IMG/VR virus record: IMGVR_UViG_3300033066_002433 | Reading direction: 5' to 3' (one strand) | DNA from: an uncultured virus (IMG/VR IMGVR_UViG_3300033066_002433) | Lineage: Duplodnaviria > Heunggongvirae > Uroviricota > Caudoviricetes | DNA: 64,000 bases | Part shown: positions 34,534-45,309 of the stretch, piece by piece | Position numbering within the stretch: the first letter of the stretch is position 1 | How the letters are laid out: every line of letters starts with the position of its first letter | The notes under the pieces: model-generated | The model's input: the letters and a program-made list of their open reading frames with translations, nothing else | Databases searched by the model: none | Told to the model about the DNA's origin: nothing | Translations under genes and position numbers: made by a program

Positions 34534-37500
34534 TTATGTTTCCTTTTGGTTATAATAGTATCGGTAGCAGAAATTTATTTCTGGAGAAGAAAATACACCT
34601 TCAGGGAATAGTAAATTTGTTCCAATCAATATATCGTCTTGTCTGGACCCATTCTTCCAATTCTTGAAAGCATATCCAATACCAACAATAACTATTTCGT
34701 TATTATTACAATCTTTTATGTCATCATTAGGCGGAAACTGGAATTGAGGCTTTACCCAAAGATATGATTTTTCAGACAAAAGCAAAGATCTAATTGTTGA
34801 AACGTCGCTTATGAGATTATCATCTCCTGGCAATAATAAAAACTCTTTATTCAATCTTTGCGTAAGCGGCATATTAAGACTGAGGTTTGAGCAATCTCCA
34901 AACTGCATGGAATCGATTTCATTTCCAGTCGGGTAATAAAACCCCTGCACTTCAGGAGTGTATGATGATTTAACTAACAAAAGAGCATTGCCATTTTTGA
35001 ATGTTGGAATATTAGCAACACTCAATAATACCGGAACATTGACTGCAAGATTATTGTTAATTTGAGTTGTTAGATTTCCGCAATCAACCAATGTTTGATA
35101 AGAAACGCTAAGCCTATTTTGTATTATCTCAGGTCCTGCCGGCTTAGGAGGATCAATAAGATTCCAAAAGAAATCACAAAGACCTATATCATATACGCAG
35201 GTATAGTCGTGATAAATTGTAACTCTAGCGGTCCCCTGAACGCCTGTAGTCCTTCCAGTAATAAGGAAATCCAAATCAATAGAACAACCGGTAAGAGATT
35301 CTGCGTCTGTATTAGCAGCCCTCAAATCAGTAAGATATTTCTTAACACCATGTTCAATACGCAAAACCCAAACTTGAGGATTGTTAGCTACAGGATTAAT
35401 AGATATTGAATTTTGAATACTAGAAGGCAGAGAAGTTGTTAAAGTAATCTCAAATCCTTCATCATCGCTTAGTATATCTCTCTTATATAAAGAACCAAGA
35501 TGAGCTATTGATCCAGAACTATCTTCTGTAAGAATGGATTCAGGAGAAATAAGAACATCCCAGGCTCCTCTGTTGTCAAGCACAAGACCAAATGTAGTTC
35601 CAGTTTTTGAAACTTTTTGCGATTTTGTATTATTCGTTCTATTAATAGCCAAAAATCCAAATTCATCAATCTCGGAAGGCCTATTAATGATATTCAAATT
35701 GATAGCATCAAATACAAAATTGTCTTCTATAGTTATATCCATTGAAGTTGCGTATACGGGAACAGCAACAACAGTAGGAACGCCTAAAGATCCGCCTTCA
35801 TCCCAGGCTGTCGTAAAACGACTTTCTGTTGGAACGTAAGGAGTTAAGCTATAAGAAGTATAGCCATTACTGTATTTAACTTCTCCAGAATAATGAGAAG
35901 CATCAGAAGAATAATCTGGATTATCCAATTCTGTTCTTGTGCGAATCAATAAGTATACAACATCAGCATCAATAGTAGTAAAACTAATTGGGAATATAGA
36001 GTTATAAACTGGCTCATAAAAAGCGTTCGGAGCATTGTTTACATAGAACACGCCATTCTTTTCATATCCACCAAGAGCAACTTGAACTCCATATGCAGAA
36101 GATTGCGTATTATCACCATCTGTATCTGAGGCAAAAGCAACATTTACTCTGAGTGTTACATCAGCAGTAGGTACAGGAGGAGTTTGAACTACGCTTACAG
36201 AACCATCAAAAAACTTCGGAAGAGGATCTCTTGTTATGTCAGCGAAAACCCCAGAAACAAGTCTTGATGGAGTTGTATCAGAATGCTGAGATGTCGCATC
36301 GCTTATTTGCACATCAATATTAGTAAGCCAGTCTGTATTAATCTGATTTACAAGATCAGTCAAAGTTCTATATGTATCAAAAGAATAACGATAAACAATA
36401 GGAGTATCTACTGTGGAGCTAACATATAAAGTTCCTCTACTTTTTATATCCCAATAGTTAATTGGATTTATATCTTGCTGAGGTAATGAAGAATATGAAT
36501 CATCAACAAGTCTCGCTCTAATAAAACGATCAAATCTTTCTTCTGTTGTTGGGTCATTTATGTATTCAACCAGACTACCCAAACCACCTAAAGCTTCAAT
36601 AGGTATTTGAAGGTCAGTAGTAATAATGCCTGTAAGACCCACTTTTGCAAAACTTCCAGAAAGAGTATTTCCTACAGAGTTATTTGTTGAAAGAGGAATT
36701 TGATATCTGCTATAACCAAAAGAAGAACTTGGATAACGAAAAGCTGGATAGAAAGACAAAGCAGAAAAAGCTTGAGAAGAATTTCTATAGATTGAACTAA
36801 AATCCAAATCTGCATAATAATCGTTTGTTACGGAACAACTAATTGATATCGGAGTTGGATCTCCGATCTTTGTGGAATAGTTATTAGAAACTATAGTTGA
36901 CAAAAGAGATTGTATTTGCAATGCTGTTGTTTCAACGGTTTCGTCAGAACCATCAATTACAATAGCATTTGCAGAATCATTACTTTGCCCTGGAGGAGGA
37001 CTAACAGAATAGTTTATCTCTTGTCCTCTTGAGCTATCTTTAGAAATCGAAAAGAAACAATCTGTTCTAGATGCGAATGACCAAGGAGTTAGCTGCCCTC
37101 CGCTATAAATAGTCTGCGAAGAAATGCCACTGCCATTATAAACAACAGGATAGAATTTTAAGCTTCTCCACTCCGTTTTATTTGGAATATTCCATGAAAA
37201 GTATAAACCATAACTACCCAATTCAGACTGCATCCAATCAAATATATCTTGAAACGACATACTAACAGATAAAGAAGTATTATAGAACGTTATTTCATGA
37301 GTTGAAGTAGTTCCTCTTTCAGAAGGAAGTAAATAAAAGCTATTACTTAGGCTCTGCCCTGGATTAATCGGAGTTGTTACATCAACATTGGCAAGATCGC
37401 CAACATTTCCATATGCATATCTTGAGTCTTCCGTAAACACTAATCCTCTTACAGGACTGGCCGGATCGTTATACCAAAGCGAATATTGATTTCTAAAAAT

Positions 37501-38760
37501 CTCTTGAATAGCATCAACAAATTCTGCTATTGTCATGGAATTAGAAAAACCAGAATAAGTCATTGTTGTTGGTACGGCGTTAATATATCCCTGTATTATT
37601 AAAGAATTGTTTGCTTCATCATCTGTGTCTATATTTAGATAAAACCTAGTAAATGGATCTGAATGTCTATTTGTTATTACAAAAGGCTTTCTAGTCGTAT
37701 CAGTAGCTCCAGTATCATTTATTGTAACTGTAATTGTAAAGTCTGATATAGCAAATGATGCAGAAGTTGTTGCATAAACGCCAAATGAAAACATTGTTTC
37801 TGAAACTATATCCGAGCCTGATATCTTACCAATACCATACTGTATATCATAAGAAAGCCTACCAACTCCGCCAGCTTCCGTATCTCTATGTACGGTAAGA
37901 AAAGAGCCACCAAGAGTTCTTGTTTGCCAAAAATTGATCGCTGTTCTAACATTATAATTTGCAGATGTTGTAAACCCGTCATCATCGCTAGAAGGCAAAG
38001 AAGATATATCTTCTACGATAAACCTAAAAGCTTCTTGTCTTGTGGGCGTTGCAAGATTTTCACTTACAGACAAAGTTATATGATCTTCAACAGATATACC
38101 AGCAAAAGAGGCCTGCAAACGAGTTATATTCCTTGTTGATGCGTAATTAGATTCAAAAGTTATAACAGGAGATTCTCTCTCAATAGGACCCGCATCGATA
38201 GTAAGCTCATTATTATCTACGCTTACTATAATTGGATTGACATAAGATGGGCCTCTATTGCTTGCATCAAACGAAAGAAAAGGGATAACAACCTGAGTGT
38301 CAGGCAGCGTAATATTATCATCATCATACGGAATAGTAATATCAAAAAATCTTGCACCAGAATTAGCTATTGGAGCAAGGCTTAATGTCAAATCAGTAAG
38401 AGAATCAATACCAGATTGAGATGAGCTTTCAACAACAGACATTGAATTTTTAATAACGGCAAGCTGATTAGAAGTTAGATTGTTTCCGCTAACGGTAATC
38501 GACGGACTACCAGTTGAAGTATTTCTTCTAATTCTAAATTGTCCGCTATAGATTGTTCCATTTGGATCAGAACCAGGCTCGCCGCTAACTACGAGATGAA
38601 TTTTACTCAACTCAGGCAATGGAACTTGAGTGCTGATATTGATATCAAATATATAAGGATTTGGAGTAACAATTGAATTTACTCCGCTATCATATATCGG
38701 TGTTGTCCCGACAAATCTAGTTTCCTGTCCATCAACTTGTCTTACAAAAGACTGAGACAT
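34534..38760 (-). CDS. Large Ser/Thr-rich protein, putative tail/baseplate structural protein
   Basis: 1408 aa with beta-rich composition; function inferred from composition only. Confidence 0.6.
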   Translation of the reverse strand: MSQSFVRQVDGQETRFVGTTPIYDSGVNSIVTPNPYIFDINISTQVPLPELSKIHLVVSGEPGSDPNGTIYSGQFRIRRNTSTGSPSITVSGNNLTSNQLAVIKNSMSVVESSSQSGIDSLTDLTLSLAPIANSGARFFDITIPYDDDNITLPDTQVVIPFLSFDASNRGPSYVNPIIVSVDNNELTIDAGPIERESPVITFESNYASTRNITRLQASFAGISVEDHITLSVSENLATPTRQEAFRFIVEDISSLPSSDDDGFTTSANYNVRTAINFWQTRTLGGSFLTVHRDTEAGGVGRLSYDIQYGIGKISGSDIVSETMFSFGVYATTSASFAISDFTITVTINDTGATDTTRKPFVITNRHSDPFTRFYLNIDTDDEANNSLIIQGYINAVPTTMTYSGFSNSMTIAEFVDAIQEIFRNQYSLWYNDPASPVRGLVFTEDSRYAYGNVGDLANVDVTTPINPGQSLSNSFYLLPSERGTTSTHEITFYNTSLSVSMSFQDIFDWMQSELGSYGLYFSWNIPNKTEWRSLKFYPVVYNGSGISSQTIYSGGQLTPWSFASRTDCFFSISKDSSRGQEINYSVSPPPGQSNDSANAIVIDGSDETVETTALQIQSLLSTIVSNNYSTKIGDPTPISISCSVTNDYYADLDFSSIYRNSSQAFSALSFYPAFRYPSSSFGYSRYQIPLSTNNSVGNTLSGSFAKVGLTGIITTDLQIPIEALGGLGSLVEYINDPTTEERFDRFIRARLVDDSYSSLPQQDINPINYWDIKSRGTLYVSSTVDTPIVYRYSFDTYRTLTDLVNQINTDWLTNIDVQISDATSQHSDTTPSRLVSGVFADITRDPLPKFFDGSVSVVQTPPVPTADVTLRVNVAFASDTDGDNTQSSAYGVQVALGGYEKNGVFYVNNAPNAFYEPVYNSIFPISFTTIDADVVYLLIRTRTELDNPDYSSDASHYSGEVKYSNGYTSYSLTPYVPTESRFTTAWDEGGSLGVPTVVAVPVYATSMDITIEDNFVFDAINLNIINRPSEIDEFGFLAINRTNNTKSQKVSKTGTTFGLVLDNRGAWDVLISPESILTEDSSGSIAHLGSLYKRDILSDDEGFEITLTTSLPSSIQNSISINPVANNPQVWVLRIEHGVKKYLTDLRAANTDAESLTGCSIDLDFLITGRTTGVQGTARVTIYHDYTCVYDIGLCDFFWNLIDPPKPAGPEIIQNRLSVSYQTLVDCGNLTTQINNNLAVNVPVLLSVANIPTFKNGNALLLVKSSYTPEVQGFYYPTGNEIDSMQFGDCSNLSLNMPLTQRLNKEFLLLPGDDNLISDVSTIRSLLLSEKSYLWVKPQFQFPPNDDIKDCNNNEIVIVGIGYAFKNWKNGSRQDDILIGTNLLFPEGVFSSPEINFCYRYYYNQKET

Positions 38761-38766
38761 TTATGC

Positions 38767-41463
38767 TTATACCTTTACAAATTTAGCTGGGAGTTCAATG
38801 CCAATTTCTACATGAAGTTTTTTATTATCTTTTCCCTCAAGAACTACATGCGTTGTATTTTTTGCAACAACTTTATAAGTAGAATCATTACCTGGCTCAA
38901 AAGCGACTCCACTTGCTTTACTTCTAAAAAGATCGCCAACCGAGACTAAAGACGGATCTCCTGGTCTACGGTATAACATTTTCTTTACGCCTGTTACTTC
39001 TGTTGGAGAACCTTCGCTGGGAAGCCTTCCCTCAGAGCCTGTAGAAAAACTAGCATCAGCAGTTTTAGTTTTATTATACCAATTTTCCGCCATTTTACCT
39101 TGTTGATTATACATAGATTCAATCTCCGGCTTCAAAGAGCCAACAAACTGCATAGCTTGTTCTTGTGTTGAAATGTTTCCCGCAAGTTGTTCTTCAAGAA
39201 GCTTATCTTGTATATACTTGATAAAGCTTGGCATGCCTTTAGGCGGCTTTGGCGACATGCCTGGAAACATCTTCTGCAAAGCCATGCCATCAACAAGAGG
39301 CTTCATCTGAATAGGAACTGGCCTTGAAAGATAATCTTTCATTTGCTGAACGTGCTGCCCCTTAAGATCAAAATCCGACTGATCGCCTTCTTCAGACTTA
39401 GCCATTGTATCTGCCTGAGCATGCATCATAACAAATTCCCAAATATCATTTCTAGGATTACCAGGAATTTGAGTATCTCTAATAAACTTACCTATTGACT
39501 TATTGGTCCATGCATCTGTATGAGGCCTCATGTGCTGCCTAATAACCATTCCTGCAAATTTTCTATCTTCCTCCGGAATACCAATGCGTTTGGCAACAGA
39601 TTCGTATATATCAGCAGATTTATCTTCATGACCTACATAACCCCATTCTCCAGGGTCGTTTTCTTTTTCCTTACCAATTTCTGGATGAGCCTTTCCATAA
39701 TCATGAAAAACAGCAGCAAGAAGCATGTTAATTCTATCCTTCTTCTCAATTTTTCGCTGCTTCATAATCTTGTCAAGATTCTCAACAACTCTAAGAGTAT
39801 GCTCAAGTAAATCAAACTTATGATGTCTATTGCGTTGATTCATATTAAGAGGATGCAATTCTTTTGTTTCAGGAACATCAAAAACGGCTTTATCCATGCC
39901 TGTAGCAAATAGCGCTCTTATAGCTTCTGCTGGCCTTTCTGCTCCAAACATCTTAAGAATTTCTGGTCCCGCTCGTTCAGGAGATACTTTTTTACGGTAC
40001 GCATCATGAACTTCAGGAGTTGACATAGCCTTCATTGTTTCGGGAGATATCTTAGCATTTGGATATCTGCTGAAAAAACGAAAAACTCTTAGCATCCTAA
40101 GAGGATCATCCATAAACGTTTTTATGGGGTCCAACGGCGTTCTAAGAGTCATAGTCTTTATATCCGCAAGACCTCCAACATAATCTTCAACTTGATTAGT
40201 GTTAACGTTGTAGAACATAGAGTTAATAGTCAAATCTCTTCGTTGAGCGTCAACGGCAGGATCATCGGAAAGCTTCATTGTTGGTACGCGAGAATCTCCA
40301 TAAGTTTCATCTCTAAGGTTTACAAAATCAATCTTGAGACCGCCAATATCAAGAGCGGTTGTTTCAAGATGCTTTGACTTATCAGGATTTTGCTTTACAA
40401 CATAAGCTGAATCCATATTAATAGGAGCGTTCGGGACAAGGCGAAGATATTCTTCTGCTTTACCAACAAATTGTTGTCCCGTCATCTTATCAAGAGCAAT
40501 ATCTATATCATCGCTTGCAACTCCAAGCAATTTATCTCTTACCCATCCACCAGCAACCCGAAAAGTCACACCAAGACCTAACTTGTTGTTAATATCAAGA
40601 AGAGTTTGAAATATTTGTTGTTCTTGCTGATTTAGTTGTACCTGCGGAGTTTCGGCAGCAGCAAAAACAATATTCTTGTTACCTCTTTCGTGAACAATAC
40701 TGTCCATAAAACCAGATCTAGCCCAATGTTCGGCTGAGTATCTTTCTGGTCTTCTTTTATACAACTTACTGTCTGGATGATTTTGCCATCTAATAGATAA
40801 AGCATCTTGCAACGCTTGCATAGCATTAGGAGCCGTAATATGTTCGTTATGTATGCCAAGATCAGCTATATTAACAACATATTTTTTCATCTGAGCTGCA
40901 AACTTATATTTGTCAATTCCTGGAATAAAAGATGTTGTATACACTGGACAACCAATAGATGTTTCTGCAATTATTTTATTCACAACATCTACTTGCTCAT
41001 ATCCGCCACCCTCAACAACCACGCAATTGATTAGGCCTTTAATGTCAAGACTGTTGGTATCGAAAATAGCCATTCCCCCGAATATACCAACATCGCACTT
41101 GTTGTTCTCAGCCAATTTTTTTGGCGAAATATTCAAAAAGAGCCTAATCTTCTGATCCTTAATTATCTTATCAGAACATGAGTTTGAAAAAAGTATAACC
41201 TTTAACAAACTACCAATGTTTTGATTTTCTAAAAGCCTTCTAAGTTGAACAATATCGCATGGATATACGCACTTGTCATAAAAGTTTTCATCTTCAAAAA
41301 TGCACTGCAAAAGATGTCTCGCAGAACTATGCAAGATCTTCTCAGTATCTCTTACTGAAACTAAAGCTCGCAGAATCTCTTCTGAAGCTTCTTGCGAAAG
41401 CCTTTCGCCACGATTTTGTTGATATATTGTTTCAATATCACTTAGGATGTTATCAAAGTTCAT
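38767..41463 (-). CDS. cca: CCA-adding enzyme (class II tRNA nucleotidyltransferase plus HD domain) with N- and C-terminal extensions
   Basis: 'AGGWVRD', 'DIDI', 'RRDLTINS', 'DDPLRMLR', 'HDYGK'. Confidence 0.88.
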   Translation of the reverse strand: MNFDNILSDIETIYQQNRGERLSQEASEEILRALVSVRDTEKILHSSARHLLQCIFEDENFYDKCVYPCDIVQLRRLLENQNIGSLLKVILFSNSCSDKIIKDQKIRLFLNISPKKLAENNKCDVGIFGGMAIFDTNSLDIKGLINCVVVEGGGYEQVDVVNKIIAETSIGCPVYTTSFIPGIDKYKFAAQMKKYVVNIADLGIHNEHITAPNAMQALQDALSIRWQNHPDSKLYKRRPERYSAEHWARSGFMDSIVHERGNKNIVFAAAETPQVQLNQQEQQIFQTLLDINNKLGLGVTFRVAGGWVRDKLLGVASDDIDIALDKMTGQQFVGKAEEYLRLVPNAPINMDSAYVVKQNPDKSKHLETTALDIGGLKIDFVNLRDETYGDSRVPTMKLSDDPAVDAQRRDLTINSMFYNVNTNQVEDYVGGLADIKTMTLRTPLDPIKTFMDDPLRMLRVFRFFSRYPNAKISPETMKAMSTPEVHDAYRKKVSPERAGPEILKMFGAERPAEAIRALFATGMDKAVFDVPETKELHPLNMNQRNRHHKFDLLEHTLRVVENLDKIMKQRKIEKKDRINMLLAAVFHDYGKAHPEIGKEKENDPGEWGYVGHEDKSADIYESVAKRIGIPEEDRKFAGMVIRQHMRPHTDAWTNKSIGKFIRDTQIPGNPRNDIWEFVMMHAQADTMAKSEEGDQSDFDLKGQHVQQMKDYLSRPVPIQMKPLVDGMALQKMFPGMSPKPPKGMPSFIKYIQDKLLEEQLAGNISTQEQAMQFVGSLKPEIESMYNQQGKMAENWYNKTKTADASFSTGSEGRLPSEGSPTEVTGVKKMLYRRPGDPSLVSVGDLFRSKASGVAFEPGNDSTYKVVAKNTTHVVLEGKDNKKLHVEIGIELPAKFVKV

Positions 41464-41669
41464 TATTTAGGCCTTTTCCTTCTGCAACCTCCACAACCAG
41501 GTTTGGGTTGGGCTGGTTGTGCCGGCTTTGGAGATGGAGGGTTTGTTTGCTGAGGTTTTACTGGTTTTGATTGATTTTGTGACACTGTAATATTTGAAGC
41601 CATTTTAGGCGTCCCTAATCCTAGCTTGTTCAAAAGCGTTCTTTTTTGTGCAACATCATTAATTGACAT
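41463..41669 (-). CDS. small protein ending in a CGGC motif
   Basis: 68 aa, 'GCGGCRRK'. Confidence 0.6.
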   Translation of the reverse strand: MSINDVAQKRTLLNKLGLGTPKMASNITVSQNQSKPVKPQQTNPPSPKPAQPAQPKPGCGGCRRKRPK

Positions 41670-42328
41670 TACGTTACTCCTTCCATTTCCTTAACAACAA
41701 CATCAAGGATTTCCTTGATCGCCTGCTTAGCTTCAGGACTTTTCGCGTCATTCCATTTTATAGTCATAACGTTATTGAGCTTTTCTACAAGAATCTTTAC
41801 TGGCTCATTATCTTGTCTCATTGCCTTGATTCGCTCCTGAATCTTAACAGCTTGATCAATAAGCTTAACAAGATTTTCATTTCCTTTTCTCATATCTTCG
41901 CCATTCGTTTTACTTATCATAGAAGTAAGCAAATGGATTTGCTGATCAAGGATAACTCCATAAAGGCTTAACCTGTCTTCTTCAGCCATGCGAATTCTAG
42001 AATATTCTTCCAAGTTTTCAGCATATGACTTGATTCTTTGTTCTATTATTGGTTTCTGATAATGCTGAACAAAATGATTATGAACTGCTCTATCAGAAAT
42101 CGATTCTCCCTTTGCTTTAAGCCATTTGTAAACCTTATATGGATTTGATCCCTCAGCAAACATCTCTTCTGCCTCTTTGCGATGTATGGAATTGCAAAGT
42201 TTGCAGTTTGTTTTTACAACAGGTTCACATGATAAATCTTTTGCATAATCAATGATATTTGAATACGCTTTTTCAGGCGCACCCAGTGCTTTTTGTTCGA
42301 CTTTTTCTATTGCTTTTTCTTCAGACAC
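41669..42328 (-). CDS. hypothetical Zn-binding/HTH protein
   Basis: 'CKLC...HNHFVQH'. Confidence 0.65.
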   Translation of the reverse strand: MSEEKAIEKVEQKALGAPEKAYSNIIDYAKDLSCEPVVKTNCKLCNSIHRKEAEEMFAEGSNPYKVYKWLKAKGESISDRAVHNHFVQHYQKPIIEQRIKSYAENLEEYSRIRMAEEDRLSLYGVILDQQIHLLTSMISKTNGEDMRKGNENLVKLIDQAVKIQERIKAMRQDNEPVKILVEKLNNVMTIKWNDAKSPEAKQAIKEILDVVVKEMEGVT

Positions 42329-42340
42329 ACGAAGCTCCTT

Positions 42341-42739
42341 TTAGAAGAGACCTTTACGAGGCTCCATTATATTAGTCGGCCCTTTCGAGAAATCACTACG
42401 AAGTTCTGTCAGCCTTTTTATCTTTAGACCAAGTTCATCAGCGGCTCTTTTACACAATTCTGCAAACTTATTAGGAGAATCCATAGCAAGCTTATCAGCT
42501 TGTTGTAATAAATCAATGACTGCTGGGAAAGATGAAATCTTCTTATTTTCTCTGATTTGCTTAGCGACATTTCTTGCTCCTCTTTGAGTCTGATGAACAA
42601 GCTTGGAGCAATAGTCGAGAGTGCTAGCTAACGATTCGAGAGCCTTTATTTGAGAATTAACAAGATTTCTATCTCTGAAGTTTTCAATTTTGAAAGACTG
42701 ATCTGTATCAAACATATTTTGACACTGTTTATACCACAT
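42341..42739 (-). CDS. hypothetical protein with MWYKQCQ motif
   Basis: 132-aa ORF. Confidence 0.7.
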   Translation of the reverse strand: MWYKQCQNMFDTDQSFKIENFRDRNLVNSQIKALESLASTLDYCSKLVHQTQRGARNVAKQIRENKKISSFPAVIDLLQQADKLAMDSPNKFAELCKRAADELGLKIKRLTELRSDFSKGPTNIMEPRKGLF

Positions 42740-42743
42740 AATT

Positions 42744-43508
42744 TCACTCTTTGACCTGATTGATCTTTATTGAATAACTTCCTGATACATCCGTATAGTT
42801 GCCATCATCTTCTTTCCTTAAAACGATACCGTCTAAGGTGTCTCCATTCACTTGAATATAGAATGCTTCAGAACCCGTAAAATCGCCCTTGGCTGCCATA
42901 GAGAAGCGATTACCAAGAATACTGAATACTATTCGCATTCCCTCGTTGCTATAATAAAACTTCTGCGCATTCTTAGCTAAAGACTGAGTATTTGCTATAA
43001 TCTTTTTGGCTTTAAGCCCCATAGAAGCTTCTTTTACGGTTTTAGCTGCTTCTTTGACGGCTTTAGCTATTATAAGAATTTCTTGTTCGGAATTTTCTGA
43101 AAACGGAATTTTCTGTAGCTCTTCCCATATAGGTTGATACATTCCAAGATCTAATGGATCTCTCGAAGATTGCGTTTTTGAGTTGTTTATGGCATTTTTA
43201 GAAGATTTTAGCCCCATCTTAGATGTAATGGTAGCAAAAAGGCTATCTCTATCTAAATGAACGCCAGCCCTGCTAATGAGTTTTCCATCAATAATATCGG
43301 AGTCTCCTTCAATAGCGGGACCATCTTCTCTTGAAAAAGAAGACGAATGGCTTTCGTTACTAACTTTAGGCGATTCTCCCTTAGCTGCTTTTAGAAGCAT
43401 TTCTTCAAGAGCTTTTTCGTTAACATGAGCGCCTTGTTGATCAATCATATGACCATTAACAATTTCTTTTTGTCCTCTTAGACCAGGTCCATCACTGTTT
43501 AACGCCAT
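42744..43508 (-). CDS. hypothetical protein
   Basis: 254-aa ORF. Confidence 0.7.
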   Translation of the reverse strand: MALNSDGPGLRGQKEIVNGHMIDQQGAHVNEKALEEMLLKAAKGESPKVSNESHSSSFSREDGPAIEGDSDIIDGKLISRAGVHLDRDSLFATITSKMGLKSSKNAINNSKTQSSRDPLDLGMYQPIWEELQKIPFSENSEQEILIIAKAVKEAAKTVKEASMGLKAKKIIANTQSLAKNAQKFYYSNEGMRIVFSILGNRFSMAAKGDFTGSEAFYIQVNGDTLDGIVLRKEDDGNYTDVSGSYSIKINQVKE

Positions 43509-44142
43509 TTATCTGTCTCCTGAGATACTCTGCAATAAGTAAAGCTTCTGCTTTTCCATCGTCCTTTTTGAGTTCAAACTCTTCTTCTAAATTAGGATAC
43601 AAAGTTGCAGCCAATTCTCTTGCATTATCTTTTGCAAGTTTTTTGGCTTTCTCATTATCTTGCTTATGTGTTTTTTGAACTTCTTTATGTTTTTTTCTAT
43701 CCGCAGCCGAAAGTCTATTTACTTCTACCTGGTTCAGCTTAAGTATATCTGGTTTTTCAAGCTTCTTGATAAGCTTATCCACCCATTCTGTTTTCCATGT
43801 TACAGGACTTACAAGATCAAGCTTAAACCCCAAAGTACCAAGAATGCCTTTCCAAATACCAAAGCCTTCGCCAAAGTGGAACATACTTACAGCGCCATTG
43901 CCTGGCATCGCCGAAACTCGTTCCAAATAGGCATAAACTGTTTTGTGTTCTAAAGGTCGCAAGATATTTGCAATAGCCTTAACGTCATATTCGTTTTTTG
44001 CTTTTGATTTTCCCTTGGCTTTTGTTTTTATTATAGGGGAAGCGTAAACTGAAACATCAAGAGATCCGTCAGTCTTTTGGTGGATAATAGCAAAACCACC
44101 TGAGAAACCAGGATCAACTCCAATTGAATAAAATTCTTCCAT
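43492..44142 (-). CDS. RuvC-like Holliday junction resolvase
   Basis: 'IGVDPG', 'YLERV', 'P.TWK', 'DGKAEALLIA'. Confidence 0.82.
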   Translation of the reverse strand: MEEFYSIGVDPGFSGGFAIIHQKTDGSLDVSVYASPIIKTKAKGKSKAKNEYDVKAIANILRPLEHKTVYAYLERVSAMPGNGAVSMFHFGEGFGIWKGILGTLGFKLDLVSPVTWKTEWVDKLIKKLEKPDILKLNQVEVNRLSAADRKKHKEVQKTHKQDNEKAKKLAKDNARELAATLYPNLEEEFELKKDDGKAEALLIAEYLRRQINGVKQ

Positions 44143-44178
44143 GCCAATACTCCTTATATCATAAGGAATATCGACATA

Positions 44179-45114
44179 TTATAATCCTAAAGACTTGATG
44201 GTAACGTCTAAACCCTGTTCAAATGATACTGATGGGACATAACCAATACACTCTTTGGCAAGATCTATCGAAGCGCAAGATCTAAGGATATCGCCTTCTC
44301 TAAATGGAGCATGCTGTATTTCAAAATCAAATCGCTCACCAAGTAAGTCTAATATATAGTTATTACTTATCTCGCTTCCGCTTGCAATATTCAAAGATAT
44401 ACCGTTAAGCTTCTTCTCGCAAATACCTGCAAGAATATTGGCATTAACAATATCATCTACATAAACCATGTCTCGGCTTTGATCACCTGTTCCGTCTTTT
44501 CTGAGATTATGGCCAGCCTTTATCGCACCAAGCCAAGCGCTTACCGCTGTTGCGTAAGCTCCTGTAGCGTACTGATAAGGCCCATACACATTGAAATATC
44601 GCAAAGATACAGAATCTATTCCGTATTTACGGCTATAAAGCTCTAGAAGCTGTTCGCAAACATACTTTTGTAGACCATAAGGAGATTCTGGCTTCTTTGG
44701 AGAATCTTCTGTTGTTGGGAAAACGTCAGTATTGCCATAAACCGCAGCAGAAGATGCGAAAACTATTTTCCCTATTTTTGATGCTCTAGAAATCTCACCC
44801 AACATCATAACAAGAGTTTCTTGAACATTATTTTTAAAAGAAGCGTATGGCCTCTCAACAGAATAAAGAATACTAGGAAGCGCGGCTAAATGATAAACAA
44901 CATCAAAATTATCGAACTTTGATGTTATCAAAAACGATCTAAGTTCTTGATTATAAATCTTTACTTGTCCGGCTTTAGATAATATCTCTCGTCTAATTTT
45001 GTGATGTTCTGTTTTGCCGGAATCAACAATAACGACTTCCCAGCCTAATGACATACACTTAAGAGCAAGATTAGTTCCTATAAATCCAAGTCCGCCCGTA
45101 ATTAATACTCTCAT
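44179..45114 (-). CDS. NAD-dependent epimerase/dehydratase
   Basis: 'TGGLGFIG', 'YGLQK', 'LRYFNVYGP'. Confidence 0.9.
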   Translation of the reverse strand: MRVLITGGLGFIGTNLALKCMSLGWEVVIVDSGKTEHHKIRREILSKAGQVKIYNQELRSFLITSKFDNFDVVYHLAALPSILYSVERPYASFKNNVQETLVMMLGEISRASKIGKIVFASSAAVYGNTDVFPTTEDSPKKPESPYGLQKYVCEQLLELYSRKYGIDSVSLRYFNVYGPYQYATGAYATAVSAWLGAIKAGHNLRKDGTGDQSRDMVYVDDIVNANILAGICEKKLNGISLNIASGSEISNNYILDLLGERFDFEIQHAPFREGDILRSCASIDLAKECIGYVPSVSFEQGLDVTIKSLGL

Positions 45115-45117
45115 ATT

Positions 45118-45309
45118 TCACCCACATAGTGATTCGGTTCCAACTAATATCTCTATTTGTTTTGAACCATCAAGAAAACGCTTAACTTCTTCTTGCTTTG
45201 TGGGCGCTAGTTCAGAAATAATCTGAAATAATCGCTGATTCGTCTGTTCATCACTTCTGATGATTCGAATTGATCCGTCCTTGAGAACATCTATTACGAT
45301 CTCTTTCAT
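45118..45309 (-). CDS. small hypothetical protein
   Basis: 63-aa ORF, tightly packed. Confidence 0.55.
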   Translation of the reverse strand: MKEIVIDVLKDGSIRIIRSDEQTNQRLFQIISELAPTKQEEVKRFLDGSKQIEILVGTESLCG

